Made by a program: the position numbers and the translations under genes. The notes under the pieces are model-generated. The model saw nothing but the letters and a program-made list of their open reading frames with translations. It was not told the origin of the DNA and did no database searches. Shown here piece by piece: positions 1-9,097 of a stretch of DNA of 64,000 bases (its first letter is position 1; each line of letters begins with the position of its first letter). The DNA is from Dehalococcoidia bacterium (GTDB taxonomy: Bacteria > Chloroflexota > Dehalococcoidia > UBA2979): NCBI GenBank assembly GCA_020845735.1, contig JADLFF010000058.1, forward strand, positions 40,368 to 104,367. The letters run 5' to 3'.

Positions 1-222
1 GAGTGGAGCGCGCACATGTTCCTCATGTTCGAGCTCGGGCGCCCCGATGTGCTGCCCGTGGGCGACCTCGGCGTGCGCGCCGGCATGCGCGTCGCGTACG
101 GCCTCGAGGCGATGCCTACCCCGAAGGAGGCACGCACCATCGGCGAGCGCTGGGCGCCCTATCGCTCGGTCGGCAGCTGGTACATGTGGCGCGCCATCGA
201 GGGGCTCGTGCCCGAGCTCTAG
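1..222 (+). CDS. DNA-3-methyladenine glycosylase II (AlkA-like), C-terminal fragment truncated by the window start
   Basis: Frame-1 ORF runs off the 5' edge. HhH-GPD-like C-terminal motif ...DVLPVGDLGVRAG...ERWAPYRSVGSWYMWRA. Confidence 0.45.
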   Translation, partial: EWSAHMFLMFELGRPDVLPVGDLGVRAGMRVAYGLEAMPTPKEARTIGERWAPYRSVGSWYMWRAIEGLVPEL

Positions 223-301
223 CGCATCACAGTTGGCGACCGAGCCCGGGCGACCGCGTCCGTATACTGACCGGGCTCTCGCTCAGCCCTCGGAGGACCG
301 C

Positions 302-1420
302 GTGATCGTCGGCACCGTGCGCGAAACCAAGACCGAGGAGTACCGCGTCGCGCTCACGCCGGACGGGGTGGCCGACATCGTCGGCGCGGGCCACCAGGTC
401 CTCGTCGAGGTCGGCTCGGGCGTCGGGTCGAACTACCCCGACGCGGAGTACCGCGAGGCGGGCGCCGAGCTCGTCGCCACGCCGGCCGAGGTCTACGCCC
501 GCGCCGAGCTGATGTGCGAAGTCAAAGAGCCCCAGCCACAGGAGTACGACCTGCTCCGCGAGGGACAGATCCTCTTCACCTACCTGCATCTCGCGGCCGA
601 GCCACACGTCACCGACGCGCTCATCCGCTCGAGGTGCATCGCGATCGGCTACGAGACGGTGCGTCGCGACGACGGATTCCTCCCCCTGCTCGCCCCCATG
701 TCCGAGGTGGCCGGGCGCATGGCCGTCGAGCTGGGCGCGCACTACCTCAAGCGCCCCGGTCCCGGGCGCGGCATGCTCCTCGGGGGGTTGCCGGGCGTGC
801 CGCCCGCCCACGTCGTGATCATGGGTTCAGGGAACGTCGGGAAGAACTCGGTGCGGGCGGCCGTCGGATTCGGTGCGCGCGTCTCGGTCGTCTCCATCGA
901 CGAGAACCAGCTGCGGCACCTCGAGGACGAGTACCAGGGCCGCATCGAGACCGTGCTCGCGAGCCCGCACACGATCGCCTCGGTCGTCGCGGGCGCCGAC
1001 CTCCTCGTAGGGGCCGTGCTCGTCGAGGGCAGGCGCGCCCCGGTCGTCGTCACCCGCGAGATGGTGCGCTCGATGGGGCCCGGCGCCGTGATCGTCGATG
1101 TCGCCGTCGACCAGGGTGGTTGCGTCGAGACCACGCGGCCGACCTCCCACGTGGAGCCGATCTACGTCGAGGAGGGCGTGGTGCACTACGCAGTGCCGAA
1201 CATGCCCGGCGCCGTGCCGCGCACCTCGTCGAGGGCACTTACGGGCCTGACGCTGCCCTACATCCTGCGCGTCGCCAACAAGGGCCTCGCCGTCGCCCTC
1301 GAGGACCCCACGCTCCGCCGAGGCGTCAACACCTACCTCGGGAAGATCACCCACGCCGGCGTCGCCGAGTCGCTCGGCCGGAACTGGACCCCGCTCGACG
1401 AGCTGCTGCCGCGCGGATGA
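302..1420 (+). CDS. ald: alanine dehydrogenase
   Basis: Full-length match to the Ald/PNT fold (VIVGTVRETKTEEYRVALTP..., NAD-binding GxGxxG VIMGSGNVG). GTG start at 302 sits 6 nt after GGAGG. Confidence 0.85.
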   Translation: MIVGTVRETKTEEYRVALTPDGVADIVGAGHQVLVEVGSGVGSNYPDAEYREAGAELVATPAEVYARAELMCEVKEPQPQEYDLLREGQILFTYLHLAAEPHVTDALIRSRCIAIGYETVRRDDGFLPLLAPMSEVAGRMAVELGAHYLKRPGPGRGMLLGGLPGVPPAHVVIMGSGNVGKNSVRAAVGFGARVSVVSIDENQLRHLEDEYQGRIETVLASPHTIASVVAGADLLVGAVLVEGRRAPVVVTREMVRSMGPGAVIVDVAVDQGGCVETTRPTSHVEPIYVEEGVVHYAVPNMPGAVPRTSSRALTGLTLPYILRVANKGLAVALEDPTLRRGVNTYLGKITHAGVAESLGRNWTPLDELLPRG

Positions 1421-2691
1421 GCGAACCGTCGCGCGGGAACGCCCTGTCGAGGCGCATCGCGTTCCTCCGCGAGAACGAGCACCTCGTCGCGATCTCGCTC
1501 TCGACGGTCCTCGTGATGGCGGGCCAGGGCGTGATCGCCCCGGTCCTCCCCCTCTTCGCGAGGGAGTTCGGCGTCGGCACGGCGGTGATCGGCCTGACGC
1601 TGGCCGTGTTCGGCCTCGCGCGGCTGATCCTCAACGTGCCGCTGGGCGCGCTCTCCGACCGCTACGGCCGTCGAGTGCTGCTCGTCGGCGGACCGATCGT
1701 CACCGCGGTCGGCATGGTCGGCTCGGGCTTCGCCCCAACCATCGAGACCCTGCTCGTCTGGCGGTTCGTCGCCGGAGCGGGCTCCTCGATGTACATGACC
1801 GGCGCCATGGTCTACCTGACCGACATCTCCACCTCGGAGACGCGAGCGCGCTTCATCGGCACGAACCAGGGCGCGCTGCTCATCGGAACCGCGATCGGCC
1901 CGGCGGTGGGCGGCATCGTCGCCGAGTACTGGGGGCTGCGCGCGCCGTTCCACGTGGTGGGCGTCGCGGCGCTGTTCGCGGCGGTCTACGCCTGGGCGCG
2001 CCTTCCCGAGACGCGCTCGCTGGGCGCTCAGACGGCGCCGGCAACGCAGCGCTCGACGGGTGACCGCAGCGACTGGATGGCCATGGTCCTGTCGCGGGAC
2101 TTCTTCGCGGTCGGGTTCGTGACCCTGGTGATCTTCCTGACCCGCACGGGATCGAGGCAGACGCTGGTGCCGCTCCTCGGCGAGGACGCACTCGGCCTCA
2201 GCCCCGGGGACCTCGGCGCCATCTTCACCGCGATGTCCGTGATCAACGTGATCCTCCTGACGCCCGCCGCCCTCGCTGCTGACCGGTTCGGGCGCAAGCG
2301 CGTGATCGTGCCGAGCATGCTCGCGCACGCGGTGGGACTCCTGATGTACGCCTCGGCCGACAACGTCACGATGTTCCTGCTGGCGTCGCTCGCGTTGAGC
2401 GTCGCCGCCTCGATGGCGGGGCCGGCGCCGGCTGCCTACGCCGCCGACCTGGCTCCACCCAGCGTCCGAGGCCTGGCGATGGGCCTCTACCGGACGACGG
2501 GCGACATCGGGTTCATGGTCGGCCCGCCGCTGCTGGGAGCCATGGCCGACGCGACGTCGTTTGCGTGGGGACTGACCGCCAACGCAGTCCTCGCCGCCGC
2601 CTCGGCGGTGGCCTTCCTCGTGCTCGCACGGGAGGCAGGGCAGCAGCGTCAGCCACGCGCAGCGGAGGTCTCCACCGCCGCCCGGTCGTGA
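1417..2691 (+). CDS. MFS transporter
   Basis: 12-TM hydrophobic profile with MFS motif GALSDRYGRR. ATG at 1417 overlaps the ald stop (ATGA). Confidence 0.8.
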   Translation: MSEPSRGNALSRRIAFLRENEHLVAISLSTVLVMAGQGVIAPVLPLFAREFGVGTAVIGLTLAVFGLARLILNVPLGALSDRYGRRVLLVGGPIVTAVGMVGSGFAPTIETLLVWRFVAGAGSSMYMTGAMVYLTDISTSETRARFIGTNQGALLIGTAIGPAVGGIVAEYWGLRAPFHVVGVAALFAAVYAWARLPETRSLGAQTAPATQRSTGDRSDWMAMVLSRDFFAVGFVTLVIFLTRTGSRQTLVPLLGEDALGLSPGDLGAIFTAMSVINVILLTPAALAADRFGRKRVIVPSMLAHAVGLLMYASADNVTMFLLASLALSVAASMAGPAPAAYAADLAPPSVRGLAMGLYRTTGDIGFMVGPPLLGAMADATSFAWGLTANAVLAAASAVAFLVLAREAGQQRQPRAAEVSTAARS

Positions 2692-2698
2692 CGAGGCG

Positions 2699-2923
2699 TT
2701 AGACGACGTCCCCGGAGCGGCCGCCGGAGCCCGCGCCACTCCCGAGGTCGGCGAGCATCTCCATGAAGCGCTCGCGCGTGATCTCGCCTCGAGCGTACGC
2801 GCGTCGTGCCAGCTCATCCGCCGAGGCGTCGGCGTTCACCCTCTTGCCGCGGAGCACCTCGCGAGCGAGCCACGTCACCAGCGCCGCCCAGGGCGCCCAG
2901 AGGATCACGATCAGCAACCACAT
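2699..2923 (-). CDS. small membrane protein with C-terminal SHOCT-like domain
   Basis: N-terminal TM helix (MWLLIVILWAPWAALVTWLA) followed by ELARRAYARGEITRERFMEML, typical of SHOCT. Confidence 0.4.
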   Translation of the reverse strand: MWLLIVILWAPWAALVTWLAREVLRGKRVNADASADELARRAYARGEITRERFMEMLADLGSGAGSGGRSGDVV

Positions 2924-3026
2924 GTCGCGCTCCCTCCGTCCACCCATCGAGGGTAGACCGACGGCAGCTCGAGATGTCGGGCAACAGGCCCACCACGGTC
3001 GTGACATTCGTCGGGCCGCAGCCGGG

Positions 3027-3425
3027 CTACAGGAAGCGGGCGGAGGCCGTTCCGTCGAGGAGCACCACGCCGGTGGGGTCCTCGCAGACCACGTCGTACA
3101 CAGCCAGGCCCTCGTGCGCCGACTTCAATGCGGCGCGGCAGGTGACCGAGATCGGGGGAACCGCCGGGGAGCGCCACCGCACCTTGAGCGAGCCCGTGTC
3201 CGCCCAGCGCCTCCCGAAGCCCAGCGTCATCACCTCGGAGACCAGCGCGAGCACCAGCATGCCGTGCGCCACCGGGCGGCCGAACGGGCCCTCCTCCGCC
3301 TCGGGGCTTGGACGGTGGATCGGGTTGGGATCGCGGGCCGCGAGGGCGTACCGGTCCACCATCGACTGGTCGACCAGGCGAGTCAGCGGCTGGATCACCG
3401 GGGGCTCGCCGAGCGGGAGGTTCAC
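3027..3425 (-). CDS. MaoC-like (R)-specific dehydratase, catalytic hotdog subunit (HadB-like)
   Basis: Hydratase-2 motif ...AARDPNPIH... plus GRPVAHGML. GTG start at 3425 overlaps the upstream gene's TGA (GTGA coupling). Confidence 0.65.
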   Translation of the reverse strand: MNLPLGEPPVIQPLTRLVDQSMVDRYALAARDPNPIHRPSPEAEEGPFGRPVAHGMLVLALVSEVMTLGFGRRWADTGSLKVRWRSPAVPPISVTCRAALKSAHEGLAVYDVVCEDPTGVVLLDGTASARFL

Positions 3426-3856
3426 GAGCTGGCTGCTGGCACGCGTGCCGGCAGGACGACCGTGGCGTGCCCCGTGCACACGGTGCGGTCCTCGTAGCGG
3501 AGGTCCAGCCCGACGGTCGTGTACACGGTGCCCGCGCGCTCGGCGCGGCGTTCGACCGCAATCGAGAGGTCCAGCGTCGCGTCGAAGGGCACCACCTCGA
3601 GGAAGTCGAACTCCTGCGCCGAGTGGAACACGCCCTCCGGCAACGGCATCTCGTCCATGAGCGCAGCCAGCGCCAGCGCACCGAGGGCGAGCGGCGGCAC
3701 GATGCCCGGCCAGTGCGCGTCGTCCTCCCCGGTGGCGGCGAGGTAGCGGAGGGCATCCTCGCGGGTCACGGTCACCGTCACGAGGGGCAGCACATCGCCG
3801 GTGCGGACAGCGTGGAAGTCAGTGCTCAGCGGAGACCTCCGAGCGGGCCGAGTCAC
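3422..3856 (-). CDS. non-catalytic hotdog-fold subunit (HadA/HadC-like) paired with the downstream MaoC dehydratase
   Basis: TVTREDALRYLAATGEDDAHW resembles the MaoC N-terminal half but the NPIH box is replaced. GTG at 3856 is the assumed start; a CTG at 3829 is the alternative. It overlaps the hxlR stop. Confidence 0.5.
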   Translation of the reverse strand: MTRPARRSPLSTDFHAVRTGDVLPLVTVTVTREDALRYLAATGEDDAHWPGIVPPLALGALALAALMDEMPLPEGVFHSAQEFDFLEVVPFDATLDLSIAVERRAERAGTVYTTVGLDLRYEDRTVCTGHATVVLPARVPAASS

Positions 3857-4193
3857 GCCGCATGTGGCGTTCCCCCCAGCGCTCGAGGGAGGCGAGCGCC
3901 GCCCCGAGCTCGCGCCCGCGGTCGGTGAGCTCGTACTCGACCCAGGGGGGCATGGTGGCAACGATGTGGCGCGTGACGATGCCCTCGGCCTCCAGGAACG
4001 TCAGGCGGTCGCGGAGCGTGCGCGAGTTGCAGCCACCGATCTCCGCTGCCAGCTCGTTGAATCGGAGCTTCCCTCCGACGAGCTGATAGACGATGTGCGG
4101 GACCCACTTCTGCCCGACGAGGGCAAGGGTCGCGCGAATCGGGCAGTAGGCCCCGTCCGGAGTCGTGGAGAGCTTCGACTCAATCATCTGCAA
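3819..4193 (-). CDS. HxlR-family winged-helix transcriptional regulator
   Basis: CPIRATLALVGQKWVPHIVYQLVGGKLRFNELAAEIGGCNSRTLRDRLTFLEAEGIV is the diagnostic HxlR HTH. Confidence 0.75.
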   Translation of the reverse strand: MQMIESKLSTTPDGAYCPIRATLALVGQKWVPHIVYQLVGGKLRFNELAAEIGGCNSRTLRDRLTFLEAEGIVTRHIVATMPPWVEYELTDRGRELGAALASLERWGERHMRRDSARSEVSAEH

Positions 4194-4236
4194 CCCACGT
4201 TACCGTCCAGCCCCGACCGCGTCGAGCACGGAGTCC

Positions 4237-5685
4237 TTACCAGGGCGCGCCGCCGAGGTAGGCGTGGATCGCATCGGCGGCCGCATGTCCGTGCGCGAGC
4301 GCCGTGACCACAAGGTCCGCGCCGTTCACATTGTCGCCGCCGGCGAACACACCGGGCACGTTGGTCTTCATCGTGTCGTGGTCGACCACGACGCGGTACC
4401 AGCGGTCGCGAACGACCTCGGGGGCGGCGGTGGCCCACTCATCGTCGACGTTGTATCCGATGGCAGTCACGATGGCGCTCGCCGCGATGTCGAACTCGGA
4501 GCCCGGCTGGGGCTCGGGCCGTGCGCGTCCCGTGTCGTCGGGCTCGCCGAGGCGCATCCGCTGACAGCGCAGCGCGCGCACGCGCCCCTGCTCGTCGAGC
4601 AGGACCGCGAGGGGCATCGTGAGGAACTCGAAGCGCACGCCTTCTTCCGCGGCGTGCTGACGCTCCTCGGTGCGCCCCTGCATCTCGCGCTCGGTGCGCC
4701 GGTAGATGAGGGTCACGTCCGGGACGCCGAGGCGGCGCGCCGAGCGCACGCAGTCCATCGAGGTGTCGCCGCCACCGATGACCACCACGCTCTCGAAGGC
4801 GGGCAGCGGGGTGCGCATCTCCTCCGGAAGCTGGTCCGGCTCCAGGTTCGCGCGCACGAGGAACTCCGTCGCCTGGTACACGCCCGGCGCGTCCTCGCCG
4901 GGAATCCCCAGCCGCGAGCCCTCGGACGCGCCGTACCCGAGGAAGACGGCGTCGTACTCCTCGCGCAGCTGCTCGAAGGACAAGTCGGTCCCGATCCGCG
5001 TGCTCGTGCGCACCTCGACACCGAGCTTGCGGAGCTCCTCGAACTTCCGAGCCACCGCAGGCTTGTTCAGCTTGAAGTCGGGAATGCCGTAGAGCAGGAC
5101 CCCGCCCGGCTCGGGCCAGGACTCGAAGATCGTGACGGCGTGTCCGGCGCGCGCGAGGCGTTCGGCACACCCGATGCCCGCGGGCCCGCTACCGACGATC
5201 GCCACGCGCTTGCCGCTCGGCGCCTCGACGGTGTGGTCGGCCGTCCCGTGCTGGCGCTGCCACTCGGTGACGAACACCTCGAGCTTGCCGATGGCCACCG
5301 GCAGGGCGTGCTTGCCGACGACGCAGTGGCCCTCGCACAGGCGCTCCTGAGGACAGAGCCGGCCGCACATCTCCGGCAGCTCACTCGTGGCGCGGAACAC
5401 CTCGGCGCCGCGCTGGAAGTCGCCGTGCTCGAGGAACTGGAACGAACCGGGGATGTCGTTGTGGACCGGACAGGCCTTCTGACAGGGCGCCGCGGGGCAC
5501 TGGATGCAGCGCGTCGCCTCCGCCATCGCCGTCTCCGGGTCGTAGAGCGAGTAGACCTCGTCCCAGTTCCCGAGTCGCGCGTCGGCCGCCTGCTTGCTCG
5601 GGCGGTACGGCGGCACCTGCAGACGAGCCTTACGGTCGACGTTGGGCTTCGGCTGGTTCTCGGGCTGCTCGCCGGCTCGAGTCAC
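4237..5685 (-). CDS. glutamate synthase small-subunit-like NADPH oxidoreductase (GltD family, FeS + FAD/NAD binding)
   Basis: Two Cys clusters (CIQCPAAPCQKACP, CGRLCPQERLCEGHC), Rossmann motifs VAIVGSGPAG and VVVIGGGDTSMD, and C-terminal GVFAGGD. No gltB lies adjacent. Confidence 0.8.
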   Translation of the reverse strand: MTRAGEQPENQPKPNVDRKARLQVPPYRPSKQAADARLGNWDEVYSLYDPETAMAEATRCIQCPAAPCQKACPVHNDIPGSFQFLEHGDFQRGAEVFRATSELPEMCGRLCPQERLCEGHCVVGKHALPVAIGKLEVFVTEWQRQHGTADHTVEAPSGKRVAIVGSGPAGIGCAERLARAGHAVTIFESWPEPGGVLLYGIPDFKLNKPAVARKFEELRKLGVEVRTSTRIGTDLSFEQLREEYDAVFLGYGASEGSRLGIPGEDAPGVYQATEFLVRANLEPDQLPEEMRTPLPAFESVVVIGGGDTSMDCVRSARRLGVPDVTLIYRRTEREMQGRTEERQHAAEEGVRFEFLTMPLAVLLDEQGRVRALRCQRMRLGEPDDTGRARPEPQPGSEFDIAASAIVTAIGYNVDDEWATAAPEVVRDRWYRVVVDHDTMKTNVPGVFAGGDNVNGADLVVTALAHGHAAADAIHAYLGGAPW

Positions 5686-5811
5686 GGGCAGGTCCGTCCT
5701 GTGCGCTCGCCGCGGGCGAGCGCAGTCACGCCTCGATCGCCGAGGCGGCCAGACCTAGCGTACGGATCGCGCGAACGGGCCTCAACCGAGGGAAACCCTC
5801 AAGCCCCGAAT

Positions 5812-6246
5812 TCACGAGCTTTCGCCCCGGACGACGACAAACGTCGAGGAGCCGGTGCCGACGATCCGGTCGTGCTCATCGATGAGCTCCACCGTGCAGT
5901 GATTGAGCAGGCGCCCGCGCCGCGAGACCCGACCAACCGCCCGGAGCGTGTCACCCTCGAACGGTCGCAGCCAGCGGAAGTCGATCTGCCCCGTCACCGC
6001 GCGCTCGCCCGGGACGAGCAGCGTCCGCAGCGCGCCCCCCATCGCCGAGTCCGCGATGACCAGCCAGACGCCACCGTGCACCACCCCGTCGGCGTTGAGG
6101 ACGATATCGGTAACCCGGAGCGTGATCTCGAGCCAGCCCTCGCCCCCTGCTGTTATGTCGAATCCGAGGTGCCCGTAGATCGGGGACACCAGCGACCGCG
6201 GGTAGGCGAGCCAGTCCGGAGCGTCCGCCTCACGAGGTTCCGTCAA
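5812..6246 (-). CDS. PaaI/hotdog-fold acyl-CoA thioesterase
   Basis: HGG motif (NADGVVHGGVWLVIADSAMG). TTG start at 6246 overlaps the permease stop (TTGA). Confidence 0.6.
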   Translation of the reverse strand: MTEPREADAPDWLAYPRSLVSPIYGHLGFDITAGGEGWLEITLRVTDIVLNADGVVHGGVWLVIADSAMGGALRTLLVPGERAVTGQIDFRWLRPFEGDTLRAVGRVSRRGRLLNHCTVELIDEHDRIVGTGSSTFVVVRGESS

Positions 6247-7100
6247 CCTGTGCTCCCCTCGGGACCAACGATCCGCGCGCGCCGCCTCGAGGTCACCACC
6301 GCCACCATAAGGAACGTCGCAGCGCTGGACAGGACGATCGCCGGGCTCACCGCGACGCGCGCGTGGAACGACAGGTGCAGCCCCACCACCGCCGAGGCCA
6401 TCGCCAGCAGCGAGGCGTAGACCATAATCAGCGACAGCCGCCGCACCATGAGGCCCGCCGTCGCCGCGGGGATGATCAGCATCGCATTGACCAGGACGAT
6501 GCCGATCGCCTTCAGCGCGACCACGACGGCGACCGCGACCATCACGAGGATGGCGTACTCGAACAGCGTGGCCCGCACCCCCATCGCCGCAGCGACGGCC
6601 GGGTCGTAGGCCACGATCGCCAGCTCGCGGTAGCAGGCAAGGACAAAGAGGATGAGCGCGGCGGTCAGCAGCCCTGCGGCCACCAGGTCCCCCGCGGAGA
6701 CGCCGAGGATGTTGCCGAAGACGAACGCGGTCAGGTCCGGCGTGTACGACGTCCGCCTCGACAGGATGAGCATGCCGAACGAGAACATCGAGACGAAGAA
6801 GATCCCGATGGCCGTGTCGTAGGAGACCCGCGCGCGCCGCCTCGTGAGTCCCACCCCGAGCGCCGTCACCACCGCCGCGACGAGCGCACCGACCACGACG
6901 CTGCCCCCGGAGACGAACGCGACCGCGACGCCCGCCAGCGTCGAGTGCGCCAGCGCGTCCCCCGAGAACGCGAGGCCCTTGTTCACCACGAACGCCCCGA
7001 CGACGCCCCCCACCAGGCTCACGAGCATGAGCGCCAGGAGCGCCCGGCGCATGAACTCGAACCGGTAGGGCTCGATCAGCCACGCCTCGAGGCCGCCCAC
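6243..7100 (-). CDS. znuB: metal (Zn/Mn) ABC transporter permease, ABC-3 family
   Basis: ZnuB/MntB-like N-terminus EPYRFEFMRRALLA and 8-9 TM segments. GTG at 7100 shares 1 nt with the ATPase TAG. Confidence 0.8.
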   Translation of the reverse strand: MGGLEAWLIEPYRFEFMRRALLALMLVSLVGGVVGAFVVNKGLAFSGDALAHSTLAGVAVAFVSGGSVVVGALVAAVVTALGVGLTRRRARVSYDTAIGIFFVSMFSFGMLILSRRTSYTPDLTAFVFGNILGVSAGDLVAAGLLTAALILFVLACYRELAIVAYDPAVAAAMGVRATLFEYAILVMVAVAVVVALKAIGIVLVNAMLIIPAATAGLMVRRLSLIMVYASLLAMASAVVGLHLSFHARVAVSPAIVLSSAATFLMVAVVTSRRRARIVGPEGSTG

Positions 7101-7966
7101 TAGCGCCGACTCGACTCGGCCCGGGCCGACGCTTGCGGGTAGAACCCGGCGACCTGCACACCGAGTGCGCCCACCGTCACGAGGTGCATGTGGAACGTCT
7201 CGCTGAGGACTTCCGGCGTCAGCACCTCGGCAGGGGGGCCGGCGGCGATGATCTCGCGATTCAGGCACACGGCCTCGTCGCAGGAGCTCATCACGCAGGA
7301 GAGGTCGTGCGTCGCGACGAGAATCGAATTGCCCTCGCGCACCAGGCCATCGAGGATCTCGAGCAACTCGTGCTGAGCGGCGGCGTCCAGCCCGGCGAAC
7401 GGCTCATCGAGGAGGAGCAGGCGCGCGCCTCGCGCGATGGCCCGGGCCATGAGGACGCGGCGACGCTGGCCGCCCGAGAGCTGCCCCGCCTGGCGACCGG
7501 CGAACTCGGCGAGGTTCACGCGCTCGAGGGCCTCGCGAGCGCGGTCGTGGTCCGTGCGGCTCCAGCGCGCGAACGGCCGAAAGCCGTGGTAGCGCCCCAT
7601 CAACACCACATCGAGCACTGAGACCGGGAATCCCCAGTCCACCTCCTCGACCTGGGGCATGTAGGCTATGTCGTCGCGGGCCTCGCGCACCGGCCGCCCG
7701 AACGCGATCGCGTCACCGCGGAGCGGTTCGATCAGGCCCAGGATCGACTTGAACAGCGTGGACTTCCCGGCTCCGTTCGGCCCCACGAGGCCCACCATCT
7801 CCCCGGAGGGCACGACGAACGACACGCCTCGGACGGCAGCCGGCTGCCCGGGATAGCCCGCCCAGAGGTCGCGCACGTCGAGGGCGAGCTCCTTGTGTCG
7901 ATGTTCGGGAGCAAGCGGCTCACGAGCGGGGACGTGCTCGCGGATGGGCGACGACGGAGCCTGCAT
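7100..7966 (-). CDS. znuC: metal ABC transporter ATP-binding protein
   Basis: Walker A GPNGAGKST, signature LSGGQRRR, Walker B LLLLDEP. Confidence 0.85.
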   Translation of the reverse strand: MQAPSSPIREHVPAREPLAPEHRHKELALDVRDLWAGYPGQPAAVRGVSFVVPSGEMVGLVGPNGAGKSTLFKSILGLIEPLRGDAIAFGRPVREARDDIAYMPQVEEVDWGFPVSVLDVVLMGRYHGFRPFARWSRTDHDRAREALERVNLAEFAGRQAGQLSGGQRRRVLMARAIARGARLLLLDEPFAGLDAAAQHELLEILDGLVREGNSILVATHDLSCVMSSCDEAVCLNREIIAAGPPAEVLTPEVLSETFHMHLVTVGALGVQVAGFYPQASARAESSRR

Positions 7967-7975
7967 GGGCGGAGT

Positions 7976-8941
7976 CTACCTCGCCGCTGCCGTACCGAGA
8001 CCAAGTACCAGTGCCTGCCCGTTCGCGCGCATCATCTCTTCGTAGCTGCTCACGCCCTGCCCGAATGCGTCGCTGTAGAGCTCGAGGACGCGCACGTCAG
8101 CCTCGCGCGCGATGCCCTCCAGCACCGCCGAGGAGAACTGCGGCTCCCTGTACACCGCCGGCACGCCCTGCTGGCGCACGAGCGCCACCGTGTCCGCGAC
8201 GTCCCGAGCACTGGGCTCACGGCCGCCCTCTCCGGGCAGGACGCCCGCCACGAGGTCGAACGCGAACGCTCGAGCGAAATACGCAAATGCGTCGTGGAAC
8301 ACGACGATGTTCCGGCGACCAGGCGGAATCGGCTCCAGCATCGATGCCAGTTCCTGCTTGAGGTTGCGGAGGCGTTCGGCGTGCTGCCGAGCGCGCTCGC
8401 GGTACTCCGCGGCCTGCGTCGGATCGGCCGTCGCGAGGCCAGCGCCGATGTTCTCGACGTAGCGGGCCGCGAGGTCCGGGTCGAGCCACATGTGCGGATC
8501 ACCCTCAGCCTCCGCGAGCGCGGGCAACCCGTCCGCAGCCGGCTCGTTCCCGTGCGCCGACCCGCCCTCCCCGTGGTCGGCCGCCAGCGCTGGAATGCCC
8601 TCGGCCGCCACGATCACGGTCGCGTCCTTCCGGCGGTTCTCGGCTACCACCTCGAGCAGGTTCCCCTCGAGGTGGTAGCCGTTCACCACGATGACATCGG
8701 CCCGCGCGATGTCCTGCGCGACCTGCGGCGGTGGCTCGAACGAGTGGGGGTCCGAGCCGGCGGGGATCAGCGCCACGACCTGGGCGTCAGGCCCGGCGGC
8801 GGCACGCACGAACTCCTCGAGGATTGCCGTCGTCGTGACGACCCGGAGCGGGCCCGGCGCCCGTTCGCCCTCCGAGGCGCAACTTGCCCCGAGCACGGCG
8901 AGCAGGGACAACGCCACGGCGAGCGGCCAGTGCTTCCTCAT
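7976..8941 (-). CDS. znuA: metal ABC transporter substrate-binding lipoprotein (ZnuA/TroA family)
   Basis: Signal peptide with lipobox LGASC. His/acidic loop ADHGEGGSAHGNEPAADG is typical of ZnuA. Start at 8941 is preferred (SD GGTGGA); 8962 is the alternative. Confidence 0.75.
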   Translation of the reverse strand: MRKHWPLAVALSLLAVLGASCASEGERAPGPLRVVTTTAILEEFVRAAAGPDAQVVALIPAGSDPHSFEPPPQVAQDIARADVIVVNGYHLEGNLLEVVAENRRKDATVIVAAEGIPALAADHGEGGSAHGNEPAADGLPALAEAEGDPHMWLDPDLAARYVENIGAGLATADPTQAAEYRERARQHAERLRNLKQELASMLEPIPPGRRNIVVFHDAFAYFARAFAFDLVAGVLPGEGGREPSARDVADTVALVRQQGVPAVYREPQFSSAVLEGIAREADVRVLELYSDAFGQGVSSYEEMMRANGQALVLGLGTAAAR

Positions 8942-8976
8942 CGGTTCCACCCGTTGATACATGCTCTCATCTGTAG

Positions 8977-8993
8977 TTGAGACGATATCTCAA
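8977..8993. promoter_or_regulatory. AT-rich inverted repeat TTGAGA-CGATA-TCTCAA upstream of znuA, candidate Fur-family (Zur-like) operator
   Basis: 6-5-6 palindrome inside the only AT-rich stretch of the znuA/AI-2E divergent intergenic region, about 36 nt upstream of the znuA start. Confidence 0.3.
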
Positions 8994-9097
8994 TATGTGG
9001 GAGGAAGACAAGCCGCGAGGCCGAGGAGCGACACCGGTGCAGACAGCGGGCGCTCCGACCGTCATGATCAGCAGGGCGGGCAGGGCAAGGATGACGC

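Noticed and set aside
1333-2817. 494-aa minus-strand ORF
   Set aside because: Antisense to the MFS transporter and ald 3' end. Arg/Asp/Gly-rich with no domain signal.
5712-5734. Palindrome TGCGCTCGCC-GC-GGCGAGCGCA between the thioesterase and gltD-like genes as a terminator
   Set aside because: No U-tract on either strand. GC-only palindromes of this kind are frequent by chance in 70% GC DNA.
4165-6420. 751-aa ORF on the plus strand
   Set aside because: It is entirely antisense to the well-supported gltD-like and thioesterase genes. It has an Arg/Ala/Gly-rich low-complexity translation typical of spurious ORFs in high-GC DNA.
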